A DNA stretch of 64,000 nucleotides, taken from positions 14,447 through 78,446 of the forward strand of contig JBDHAC010000004.1 in assembly GCA_039588275.1 (NCBI GenBank), given 5' to 3'. Source of the DNA: Gemmatimonadota bacterium. GTDB taxonomy: Bacteria > Gemmatimonadota > Gemmatimonadetes > Palauibacterales > Palauibacteraceae. The notes under the pieces are model-generated. The model was not told the DNA's origin, made no database searches, and was given only the letters and a program-made list of their open reading frames with translations. This document shows positions 46,979 through 55,620 of the stretch, in pieces; positions within the stretch are counted from its first letter, which is position 1; each line of letters starts with the position of its first letter. The position numbers were made by a program, and so were the translations under genes.

Positions 46979-47890
46979 GTGGCGAACTGGGCGATCGAAC
47001 ATCTTCTGTCGACGCAGAATCCCGATGGGGGATGGGCAGCCTATGCCCGGGGTCCGAGCCGCACCGAACCGTCGGCGCTGGCCGCGATGGCGCTACGTCT
47101 CACCGAGGAGACGGCTCGGGGCACGAGCACCGAGGCCAGCCTCGCCTGGCTGAGGCGTCACCAGGACCCGTCCGGCGGCTGGCCCGCGATGGAGGGCCAG
47201 CGGGCCGATAGCTGGATGACAAGCCTCGCGACGCTCGCTGTGTCACACTTCGAGCCCGAAGGCGAACCCGCTCGACGCGGCGCGGACTGGCTACTGCGGC
47301 AGGAGGGCCAGACTGCCTCGTGGTGGGTGAGGCTGCTCGTTCGGTTGCGACCGCAGAGTCAGGCGGTCGAGCTCGATCCCGACCTCATCGGCTGGCCGTG
47401 GACGGAGGGGACGTTCAGCTGGATCGAGCCGACTGCGTACGCGCTCCTGGCACTGAAGCGGCTACGCCCCACCCTTCCCGCGAGATCCGCCGCCGGCCGG
47501 ATCGAGATGGGGGAACGGATGATCATCGATCGCACCTGTCGCGGGGGCGGGTGGAACTACGGGAACTCGGTCGTTCTCGGCGAGGAGCTGTGGCCTTACC
47601 CGGATACCACGGCCCTCGCGCTACTCGCGCTGCAGGGACGCGCGTCGCCGGAGATCGATTCGAGCCTGACGAGGCTGTCGCGAATGCTGGAGGAGAACCG
47701 CTCCCTGCTAGCCGTATCCCTCGCGACGCTCTGTCTTCGCGCGTACGACCGGGCCGTTGGGGCGCTGCAGTCCGAGCTGACCGCGCGCGCCGGGCCGGAG
47801 ACGGCGATGTTCGAGACCCGGCCGATCGCGCTGGCGGCCTTGGCGCTTGTCGAGAGTACGTCGCCCTGGAAGGTCGCGCGCGATGGTTGA
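46979..47890 (+). CDS. Prenyltransferase/squalene-oxidase repeat (alpha-alpha toroid) protein
   Basis: QW-type repeats QNPDGGW, QDPSGGW and GGGWNYG; start uncertain (GTG 46979 after AGGGGA, or ATG 46808). Confidence 0.78.
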   Translation: MANWAIEHLLSTQNPDGGWAAYARGPSRTEPSALAAMALRLTEETARGTSTEASLAWLRRHQDPSGGWPAMEGQRADSWMTSLATLAVSHFEPEGEPARRGADWLLRQEGQTASWWVRLLVRLRPQSQAVELDPDLIGWPWTEGTFSWIEPTAYALLALKRLRPTLPARSAAGRIEMGERMIIDRTCRGGGWNYGNSVVLGEELWPYPDTTALALLALQGRASPEIDSSLTRLSRMLEENRSLLAVSLATLCLRAYDRAVGALQSELTARAGPETAMFETRPIALAALALVESTSPWKVARDG

Positions 47891-48896
47891 CCGGCGTGAG
47901 TTCGTCAAAGCCTCCGTCGCGATCGCGGCGGTCGGTGGATTGAACGCGTGTCGGCGCGACCAGCCGGGCTGGAGTCCCGATGCCGTTCGCAAGCCCGAGG
48001 TGTCGCCTGTAGCCATCCTCCCGGCCGAGCGGTACGACGAGGCGGCCCTGAAGGACACGGTCACGCGCGGCGTGGAGATGTTCGGTCTGGACGTGCGGGA
48101 TCGCCGCGTCGTCTTGAAGCCGAACCTGGTCGAGTTCGATCCCGGTGGCGTGATCAACACGCATCCCACGCTGATCGCGGCGACGATCGAGGCATTTCGC
48201 AGCCTGGGAGCGCGCGAAGTGATCATGGCCGAAGGGCCCGGACACCGGCGCGACAACGAATACCTCCTCCGGGCTTCAGGGATTCACGAGCAGCTCGAAG
48301 ACATGGGAGCGCGCTTCGTGGATTTGAACCACGACGTCGTGCGTCGCGTCGCGCTGCGCTCGAGCTTCACCCGGCTCGGGGAGCTCTACCTTCCGGCCAC
48401 TGTTCTCGACGCGGACCTGTTCGTCTCGATGCCGAAGCTCAAGACGCACCACTGGGCAGCCGTCACGCTTTCCATGAAGAACATGTTCGGGGTCGTGCCG
48501 GGCTCGCTGTACGGGTGGCCGAAGAACATCCTGCACTGGGTCGGGCTGGAGGGGAGCATCGTGGACATCAACGCGGCGTTGGACGTGCCGCGATTCAACA
48601 TCGTGGATGGGATCGTGGGGATGGAGGGGAATGGGCCCATCCAGGGTGAAGCGAAACAGGTAGGGGTGGTCGTGTTCGGCGCCGATCCCGTGGCCGTAGA
48701 CGCGACCTGCACACGGCTCATGAGCATCGACCCTTGGAGGGTCGGCTACCTGGCGGCGGTCGAACCCTTCCTCGGCAACCTCGCGACCGAGCGGATCGAG
48801 CAGCGGGGCGAGGATCTGTCCCCGCACCAGGCGGATTTCCGAGTTCTGGAGGGGTTTTCGCACACCAAGACGACACCCCCGATGGCCGCCGGCTGA
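47883..48896 (+). CDS. DUF362 domain protein with Tat-lipoprotein signal
   Basis: DRREFVK..GGLNA-C; LKPNLV, NTHP, PKLKTHH, TLSMKNMFG, IVDGIVGMEGNGP and DPVAVD motifs; overlaps the upstream stop. Confidence 0.88.
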   Translation: MVDRREFVKASVAIAAVGGLNACRRDQPGWSPDAVRKPEVSPVAILPAERYDEAALKDTVTRGVEMFGLDVRDRRVVLKPNLVEFDPGGVINTHPTLIAATIEAFRSLGAREVIMAEGPGHRRDNEYLLRASGIHEQLEDMGARFVDLNHDVVRRVALRSSFTRLGELYLPATVLDADLFVSMPKLKTHHWAAVTLSMKNMFGVVPGSLYGWPKNILHWVGLEGSIVDINAALDVPRFNIVDGIVGMEGNGPIQGEAKQVGVVVFGADPVAVDATCTRLMSIDPWRVGYLAAVEPFLGNLATERIEQRGEDLSPHQADFRVLEGFSHTKTTPPMAAG

Positions 48897-48927
48897 GCGG
48901 CAGGGGGAAACCAGACGGACAGAACGC

Positions 48928-48943
48928 TGGCATACGGAATGCT
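48928..48943 (+). promoter_or_regulatory. Candidate sigma54 promoter
   Basis: TGGCATA-CGGA-ATGCT (GG-N10-GC) in the intergenic region ahead of the next ORF. Confidence 0.5.
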
Positions 48944-49047
48944 CGCATGCCACTCTCGAACATGTCGGGGGTATGGAGGGCACGGTCGTGCGCGGAAGTC
49001 ATCGAACGGACGCGCTCTCGATCGACGCTCGGATTCGGGATCGAGGG

Positions 49048-49635
49048 ATGATGAACCTGTACTTCGGGGACATGCTGCCTCCCACTCGGGAGCTGAGGGC
49101 GGAACGACAGGGCGAGCAAGTCCTCGTCGGAACCGCTTCTCCAGTGCAGCTCGAGGTACGGATGGTCGCCCACCACCTCACCCCCCCGGGCACTGCCTGC
49201 ATAGGCACGTTCCACGACGGGAGATCAATCGGGCGCTGTGCGATCCCGGAGGAGAGCGTCGAAGAGTTCCTCGGCATGGAGCTCTTCAAGCGGCCCGTAT
49301 CGCTGGCGCTGAACGTCCGGCGAGGGGGACCGGGTCTCGAAGGCAATCTGCTCGCGCTGGTTCCGATGGATGCTCAGCTCGAGGAGCCTGAGGATGAGGC
49401 CCCCTGGAAGGCGAGCGTTCCTGGCGCTGGGTACGAAGCGGCTGCAGGCCTCGCGCCCGAAGAGGGGCAGCTCGTGGGGATCTTCCTCGGACAGATCGTC
49501 CGATTCGACAAGGATCGGCGGAGCCCCGACAATCTCCTTCGCGAAGCGGCCGACATGCTGGCAGGGATCATCCGCGGCCAGGTCGGCAGCGTAGTAGACC
49601 GCGTGATCCAGGATCTCACCGATCCCTCCGTCTGA
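49048..49635 (+). CDS. Hypothetical protein
   Basis: Natural-looking composition; GAGGG SD before ATG 49048 (alternative ATG 48973). Confidence 0.7.
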   Translation: MMNLYFGDMLPPTRELRAERQGEQVLVGTASPVQLEVRMVAHHLTPPGTACIGTFHDGRSIGRCAIPEESVEEFLGMELFKRPVSLALNVRRGGPGLEGNLLALVPMDAQLEEPEDEAPWKASVPGAGYEAAAGLAPEEGQLVGIFLGQIVRFDKDRRSPDNLLREAADMLAGIIRGQVGSVVDRVIQDLTDPSV

Positions 49636-50236
49636 AGCTCCGAGCGGGGCGGGTCGATCCCGCCGGCGCTGCGAATGGCCCCTCGGAGACCCCGACATGG
49701 TCGCCTACCACGACGAGGAGTGGGGCGTGCCGGTGCACGACGACCGAACCCTGTTCGAGTTTCTGCTCCTCGACTCCTTCCAGGCGGGACTCAGCTGGGC
49801 CGTCATCCTGCGAAAGCGAGCGGCGTTCCGCGCTGCGTTCGCCGACTTCGACCCGACGCGCGTCGGGTCGTTCAGTGACGCCGACGTGGAACGACTGCTC
49901 GCCGATGCAGGCATCGTACGTAACCGGCAGAAAATCCTGGCCGCGATCTCCAACGCCGCCGCGTTCCTCGAGGTTCAGGAGGAGTTCGGCAGCTTCGACC
50001 GCTTCATCTGGCGATTCGTGGGGGGGAGACCCATCCAGAATCGATGGCGGGCCCTGAGGAACATCCCACCCGCCACCGCGGAGTCCGAAGAGATGAGCTG
50101 CGACCTCAAACGACGAGGTTTCAGGTTCGTGGGCCCCACCATCTGTTATGCATTCATGCAGGGGGCCGGGTTGGTGAACGACCACGTGGTGGACTGCTTC
50201 CGCCACTCCGAGATCGAATCGCTGTCGGTCCGTTGA
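49622..50236 (+). CDS. tag: DNA-3-methyladenine glycosylase I
   Basis: RCEW..YHDEEWG, FQAGLSW, IVRNRQKI and GLVNDHVVDC motifs; first ATG is 49697 but the conserved Cys lies upstream of it, so the start is uncertain. Confidence 0.9.
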   Translation: MPPSEAPSGAGRSRRRCEWPLGDPDMVAYHDEEWGVPVHDDRTLFEFLLLDSFQAGLSWAVILRKRAAFRAAFADFDPTRVGSFSDADVERLLADAGIVRNRQKILAAISNAAAFLEVQEEFGSFDRFIWRFVGGRPIQNRWRALRNIPPATAESEEMSCDLKRRGFRFVGPTICYAFMQGAGLVNDHVVDCFRHSEIESLSVR

Positions 50237-50277
50237 CGCACGCCGCGCCGCTTGGCGTGGCGCGTAAACGCGTCGTC

Positions 50278-50286
50278 TGGTATGAT
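50278..50286 (+). promoter_or_regulatory. Extended -10 promoter element
   Basis: TGgTATGAT about 42 nt upstream of the small lipoprotein start. Confidence 0.4.
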
Positions 50287-50328
50287 CCTCGATAGCCTGG
50301 AATCCAGCCCGGTATCGCGAGGGTCGAA

Positions 50329-50544
50329 TTGCGCCGTTTTCTACTGGCCGCCGGGCTCCTTCTTGGGGGGCACTTCATAGGAGCGGTGGGGTGTGGGGGT
50401 GAGGAGCCGACAGGGCCCGATACGCTTTCTCCAAACGAAGGACCCTGCGCTGGCGTCGCGGCGCAGTCCGGCACGGACATCGTGTGGTGTCCGTCGCTCG
50501 GGGGTGTGTGCGCCTCGGCGGCCGCCTGTAACTCCATCCGCTGA
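50329..50544 (+). CDS. Small Cys-rich lipoprotein (71 aa)
   Basis: MRRFLLAAGLLL..AVG-C lipobox-like site; four further Cys; GAGGG SD before TTG. Confidence 0.55.
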   Translation: MRRFLLAAGLLLGGHFIGAVGCGGEEPTGPDTLSPNEGPCAGVAAQSGTDIVWCPSLGGVCASAAACNSIR

Positions 50545-50770
50545 CTATCTGCTGCGATCAGATCTCAGACCTCGGCTCGAACGCCTGTTTCCGTCCCCTG
50601 ACGAATCGCCCACCGAGGTCGTTGGCTCACCCGAGTTCTCTTGCGCCCTCCTGAGTGCCCACCTCGATCCCTCGAGGTCGAGACTAATGCATTCGGATTG
50701 GCGCTTCGCAGGCGAGGTGCCTCAATGCTGTCGTTGAACAAAATGTGAGGTGTGCGTACATAACTAGCTG

Positions 50771-50788
50771 TCGTATAACGTTATACGA
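50771..50788. promoter_or_regulatory. Perfect 18-bp AT-rich palindrome, probable operator
   Basis: TCGTATAACGTTATACGA equals its own reverse complement; 65 nt upstream of the CAP gene. Confidence 0.6.
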
Positions 50789-50853
50789 TGATATCTATGG
50801 CGCCAACAAAATCCCGTCGAGCCTGGGCCCGGCCGTTGCACGAAAGGAGCGGC

Positions 50854-51330
50854 ATGCGTCGATCCCGTCGTAGTCTCGGGCTCCTTTGTGTCACGGTCCT
50901 CGTCGTGCAGCTCGGAGGGTGCGGCGACGTAGCGGCGCCAACCCAGCCCACGGATCCAATCGCGTCGCTCGTCGTGAGCGTGAACCTGCATCGCGGCTCG
51001 ATCGCGTGCCCGAGCCTCCAGTGGCACGATGGGTTGGCCGATGTCGCTCAATCGCACAGCGAGGACATGGCCCAGCGCTCGTTCTTCGGCCACGTCAACC
51101 CCGACGGTGAATCGCCCTTCGATCGAATGCGACGTGCCGGCATCCAGTGGGTCGGGCCCGCCGGCGAGAACCTGGCGCTCGCGCGCAATAGCGCGACCGA
51201 TGTGCTGCGCCTGTGGCTGGGGAGCGAGGGGCACCGCGCCAACCTGGAGGACTGCCGTTACGGGTTCCACGCCGTAGGCCTCAGCGATGGGTACTGGACG
51301 CACCTTTTCCTCGCCCGACCCACGGACTGA
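50854..51330 (+). CDS. CAP (SCP/PR-1) domain lipoprotein
   Basis: LGG-C lipobox; HSEDM..FFGH, GENLA and W..S.GHRANL motifs; AAGGAG SD. Confidence 0.9.
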   Translation: MRRSRRSLGLLCVTVLVVQLGGCGDVAAPTQPTDPIASLVVSVNLHRGSIACPSLQWHDGLADVAQSHSEDMAQRSFFGHVNPDGESPFDRMRRAGIQWVGPAGENLALARNSATDVLRLWLGSEGHRANLEDCRYGFHAVGLSDGYWTHLFLARPTD

Positions 51331-51473
51331 GCTTCTCCGCTACGCCACAGTCATCGTCACTACCGCATCGACATGCCGGTATGGCGCCGCACCGGCCGAC
51401 GGCTCGCAGCGATTTGCCCCCCCGAAGTGACCGTGTAGTATTCGCCGCTTCCTGACCAACGAAGGAGTCTGCT

Positions 51474-53246
51474 ATGCGGAGATGTGGGGTGCCCACCCGA
51501 ACCTCCTCGCGAGTCCGACGCGTTGGTCTCGCCGGACTCACGATCGTTCTGGTTGCCGGCACCGGCCTGGCGCAACAGCCGCCGGCGGAGGTCTTCGACG
51601 TCGTGCTCATCGGCGGCAGCGTAATCGATGGGACCGGCAACCCCTGGTTTCGTGCCGATGTAGGGATCCGCGACGGTCGAATCGTCGCGATAGGGGTGCT
51701 GCGCGACGCGGAAGCCGCACGCCGCATCGATGTTACGAACCGGTTCGTGGTCCCGGGGTTCATCGACATCCACTCGCACGCGGACGAAGGCCTCGACGCC
51801 GAAGGGGCTGCAGGAACCTCGGAGGCGCGCCGGCGCGCCGCCCCCAACCTCGTGAGCCAGGGGATCACGACCGTCGTCATCAACCAGGACGGGCGATCCG
51901 CCTGGCCGATCTCCGAACAGCGCGCGAAGCTCGAACGCCTGCGGATCGGTCCGAACGCCGCCCTCATGGTTGGGCACAACTCGATCCGCGCGATCGCTCT
52001 CGGAGACGACTTCCGCCGCCCGGCCACTCCAGCCGAGGTCGAGCGGATGCGTGATATGGTCCGGCAGGCCATGCAGGAAGGCGCATACGGACTCTCGGCT
52101 GGTCTGGAGTACGTACCGGGTCGCTGGAGCACGACGGAAGAGGTGCTGGCACTCGTCGATGAGGCGGGGAGAGGCGGGGGCGTCTACATCGTGCACGAGC
52201 GGAGCTCGGGCCTCGACCCTATGTGGTACTGGCCCAGTCATGATCCGCCCGGCCCCCCGACCATGATCCACACGATCATCGAAGATATCGAGATCGCTGA
52301 ACGCACCGGCGTGACCACAGTAGCCACGCACATAAAGGCTCGTGGGGCGAACTTCTGGGGGAGTGGCCGGACGTTGATTGACCTGATCGAGCGCGCTCGG
52401 GCGCGAGGCGTCTCGATCTGGGCCGACCACTACCCCTACAACACGACGGGGAGCGACGGAAGCACGGTCCTTATCCCTGACTGGTTCATCGGCGACGTGT
52501 CGGGGGAAGAGCGCCCGCCCCGGGCGGACTTCGCCTCGGCACTCGAGGAAGCACTGACCGACCCCAAGCTCACCCGGGACCTGCGGACGGACATCGCACA
52601 CGAGATTCGGAGACGTGGCGGCCCCGACAACCTGATCGTGTTCGAGTACCCGGATTCGAGCGCCATTGGCCGGAGCCTCGCGGCGCTCGCTTCGGCGTCC
52701 GGCGTCGATGCCGTCGAGATGGCGATTCGGCTCCAGCTCGAGGGGTTCGCCAACCGACCGGGTGGGGCGCGGATTCGCGGGTTCTCACTCTCGGAGATCG
52801 ACGTCGAGGCGTTCGCCGCGCAACCCTGGGTGGCGACCGCCTCCGACGCCGGAATCGCGCTCCCGGACGATGGGCCGGTCCACGCACGCTACTACGGGAC
52901 GTTCCCCCGGAAGATCTCCCGCTACGCGGTCGAGCGCGGCGTGGTGCGGATAGAGGACGCGATCCGCTCGGCCACCTCACTTCCCGCACAAATCCTAGCG
53001 ATGAAAGACCGAGGCCTGCTCAGGGAAGGGTACCGGGCCGATGTGGCCGTATTGGATCTGGACGCCCTTCGGGACCGAGCCACCTTCTTCGAGCCGCACC
53101 AGCACTCGGCGGGCGTGGACTACGTGATGGTGAACGGCGAGCTGGTCGTCGATCGGGGCGAGTTCACGTACGCTCTGCCCGGACGGATCCTGACTCCGTC
53201 CGGGAACGCGGGATCCACGACGGTGGAAGAAGGGGGAGGCTCTTGA
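51474..53246 (+). CDS. Exported N-acyl-D-amino-acid deacylase (amidohydrolase)
   Basis: Signal peptide; DGTGNP, PGFIDIHSH, QGITT, GLEYVPG, YGTFPR and RGLLREG..AD motifs. Confidence 0.9.
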   Translation: MRRCGVPTRTSSRVRRVGLAGLTIVLVAGTGLAQQPPAEVFDVVLIGGSVIDGTGNPWFRADVGIRDGRIVAIGVLRDAEAARRIDVTNRFVVPGFIDIHSHADEGLDAEGAAGTSEARRRAAPNLVSQGITTVVINQDGRSAWPISEQRAKLERLRIGPNAALMVGHNSIRAIALGDDFRRPATPAEVERMRDMVRQAMQEGAYGLSAGLEYVPGRWSTTEEVLALVDEAGRGGGVYIVHERSSGLDPMWYWPSHDPPGPPTMIHTIIEDIEIAERTGVTTVATHIKARGANFWGSGRTLIDLIERARARGVSIWADHYPYNTTGSDGSTVLIPDWFIGDVSGEERPPRADFASALEEALTDPKLTRDLRTDIAHEIRRRGGPDNLIVFEYPDSSAIGRSLAALASASGVDAVEMAIRLQLEGFANRPGGARIRGFSLSEIDVEAFAAQPWVATASDAGIALPDDGPVHARYYGTFPRKISRYAVERGVVRIEDAIRSATSLPAQILAMKDRGLLREGYRADVAVLDLDALRDRATFFEPHQHSAGVDYVMVNGELVVDRGEFTYALPGRILTPSGNAGSTTVEEGGGS

Positions 53247-53518
53247 GTCCGGGCGTGCCCGAGGCGGTGTACCCCGGACCAGAGGCAGGCTCCGGCCCTG
53301 CCGGTAGGTTGCGATCTGCAAGCGAGACGGCCCTATGCAAATGTTTTCACACTCCGGGTAGGTGCCGCGCCTCCTGGAGCACGCATAACCGCGTGTACTA
53401 AAAGGATGTTACGGAATGCCCGGTCAGCCGGGTCGAGTTGAACGGTTCTTGCACCTGCCGCGTGGAAAATCTTAGTCAACAATCGGCCAGCTCAACAATC
53501 AACTAGCCACGAGGTCCG

Positions 53519-54466
53519 ATGTTCAACGGGAAGAGAGACACGAGTGAGTCGCGCATCAAGGACCTGCTGAAAGAGCTTCGGAGCCTCGCTCTGCAGAACC
53601 CTGGAGATCCCGCGCTGCGAAGCCACCTGTCGCGTGGACTGTTCAGCGCCCTGACGTACGTGACCGAATCGGGCGACCGCGACGAGCGCGATCGGATCGT
53701 ACAGGAGCTTCGCGATCTCGCGGCCGAGCACCCCGAAGACGACGTGGTGCGAGGCAACCTGGCTCGCGCGCTCTTCAACGCCCTCAATTACGCGCATACC
53801 GAAGGGAACCCAAGCGAACGCGATCGCGCTCTCGAGGAGCTCCGTGCGCTGGGTGCCGAGCACCCGAGCGACGAAGCGGTGCAGGAGCACCTGGCGAAAT
53901 CTCTCTTCAACTCGCTGAACTACGCGAAAGAGGACGGAGACCTGGCGACGCGAGACACGCTCCTCGAAGAGTTGCGACGGATCCAGGAGCAGGCACCTGG
54001 TTCCGACGGGGCTCGCCTGCGATTCGCCAAGGGGCTGTTCAATGCGCTCAGTCACGCGGTCGAGGAAGACGATCCGGCGCGTGCTCGATCGTTGCTCTCC
54101 GAACTGCGTGGTCTGTCGGGGCAGCATCCCGAGGACTCCGAGATCCGAGCTCGGTTTTCGAAGGGGCTGGCCACAGTGCTCCATCAGACGTGTCAAACCC
54201 AGGACACAGCCGCCTGCACCGAGTTGTTGGATGAGCTACGGGAGATCGCGGGTGCGCACCCGGATCAACTCGTGCTACGAGAGAGCCTCGCGATGGGGCT
54301 CTCCGATACGCTCCAGGTCGTCGGTGAAGCGGGCGATCCCGGTCATCGGGCCGACCTCCTGGAGGAACTCCGCCTCCTTGCCTCCAATCACCCTGACGTG
54401 GAGAGCATTCAAGCGCGGCTCGCATCGGGCATCGTGAGTGAGCTGAGCTTGACCCGCGTGGACTGA
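53519..54466 (+). CDS. Alpha-solenoid protein made of seven 44-aa repeats
   Basis: Repeating R..LL.ELR.L...HP.D..V...LA..LFNAL unit; GAGG SD. Confidence 0.82.
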   Translation: MFNGKRDTSESRIKDLLKELRSLALQNPGDPALRSHLSRGLFSALTYVTESGDRDERDRIVQELRDLAAEHPEDDVVRGNLARALFNALNYAHTEGNPSERDRALEELRALGAEHPSDEAVQEHLAKSLFNSLNYAKEDGDLATRDTLLEELRRIQEQAPGSDGARLRFAKGLFNALSHAVEEDDPARARSLLSELRGLSGQHPEDSEIRARFSKGLATVLHQTCQTQDTAACTELLDELREIAGAHPDQLVLRESLAMGLSDTLQVVGEAGDPGHRADLLEELRLLASNHPDVESIQARLASGIVSELSLTRVD

Positions 54467-54778
54467 TTACTCGTGGTCTGATCTCTGGGTGTGGGCGGTG
54501 GCCATCGTGCCGCCGCCCGCTTTTCGCCTTTGCCCCGGTTCACCGGGTCAACCCCCCTCTCCATCCGCATCCGCGCGCTCGGCGCATGTCGCTCACCGCG
54601 CGTGGAATGTGAAGGCGTCGTCGATCGGCGGCCGGCCACCTGACGGGTGCAGGCTATCGCGAGTCTGCAACATCGTGTGCCGCGGGCGTCATGATGTGCC
54701 GGGAATCCTGGGATGAGAAACTCGGTATCCCGTTACGACCAAACACGTTTGCCGGGGTCGCACGGACCACTTGGCACC

Positions 54779-54794
54779 GGGTACGGCCCTTGCT
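54779..54794 (+). promoter_or_regulatory. Candidate sigma54 promoter
   Basis: GGGTACG-GCCC-TTGCT, close to the TGGCACG-N4-TTGCW consensus. Confidence 0.55.
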
Positions 54795-54804
54795 TCGCTC
54801 AACC

Positions 54805-54960
54805 TTCGCCCGGGAACGGGTGGAACCATGGTTCCGTTGTTCGTAAAGGTCCCATGCGTCCGTGCATGATGAAGTCCCAGGGTGGATCCCAACTGCCGTT
54901 ACCGGTCGAGGTGTGCAGGCGCCCTCGCCGGCTGGGGGCGCGGGCGCATGGGCCTTTTCT
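54805..54960 (+). ncRNA. Putative structured RNA (sRNA or leader of tlpA)
   Basis: Hairpin 54814-54842; long stem 54845-54861/54942-54957 enclosing further stems; G-U pairs favour the + strand; ends in CCTTTTCT. Confidence 0.4.
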
Positions 54961-55038
54961 CTCCTCCTGCCGCTGGTCCGGAACCTCGCACCCCGGCAGC
55001 CCCGTTGATAGCTTGGGCGCTCACCGGGGGAGAGCCAC

Positions 55039-55620
55039 ATGAATCGACAAGCTTTGATCGCCCTGGCGTTGGGCTCGCTACTTTTTGCAGGCGTGTTCGG
55101 CCCGAGGCTCCTCTCACGGGACGACCCGAGCGATGTGGGAACGATTGTCGTGGAAGCCGCCGACGCCGGGGATGCCCAGGGTGAGCCCGCGCCGACCATC
55201 TATTTCGAGACGCTGGACGGGTCCAGCGCATCGCTGCTGGACTACGCGGGACGCGTCGTGGTGCTCAACCTCTGGGGTACGTGGTGCGCCCCGTGCAGGT
55301 ACGAGATCCCGGAGTTGGCGGAACTACACGGTACGTACGAGGAGCGTGGCGCGATCGTAATCGGCCTCGCGATCGACTCGGGCGATCCCGCTCAGATTCG
55401 GGCATTCGCGGAGCGGTACGGGGTCAACTATCCGATCTGGACGTCAACGGGAACGATCGCCGTATCAGAGTTCGGCGCCGTGGGCTACCCGTTGACGCTG
55501 CTGGTCGACCAGCAGGGCCGCACCCGCAAGAAATTCCTCGGGCCGCAGACGTTCTCGACCCTCGCAGCGGAATTGGACGCGTTGTTGGCCGCCGCGGCCG
55601 AGACGCGCGGTACTCCCTGA
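55039..55620 (+). CDS. TlpA/ResA-family thiol-disulfide oxidoreductase
   Basis: N-terminal anchor; LNLWGTWCAPCRYEIP and GYPLTLLVD motifs. Confidence 0.92.
   Translation: MNRQALIALALGSLLFAGVFGPRLLSRDDPSDVGTIVVEAADAGDAQGEPAPTIYFETLDGSSASLLDYAGRVVVLNLWGTWCAPCRYEIPELAELHGTYEERGAIVIGLAIDSGDPAQIRAFAERYGVNYPIWTSTGTIAVSEFGAVGYPLTLLVDQQGRTRKKFLGPQTFSTLAAELDALLAAAAETRGTP

Noticed and set aside
50761-50790. Palindrome as a dif or loxP-type recombination site
   Set aside because: TCGTATA/TATACGA recalls loxP inner arms but the spacer is 4 bp, not 6-8. There is no XerD arm (TTATGTTAAAT) and no recombinase nearby.
53438-53453. Sigma54-like TTGAACG-GTTC-TTGCA upstream of the repeat protein
   Set aside because: The near-invariant -24 GG is TG.
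54828-54872. Selenocysteine read-through of the short ORF, or SRP RNA/hammerhead identity for the structured region
   Set aside because: Tandem TGA TGA with no sensible downstream protein. The SRP helix-8 motif and the hammerhead CUGAUGA/GAAA core are absent.
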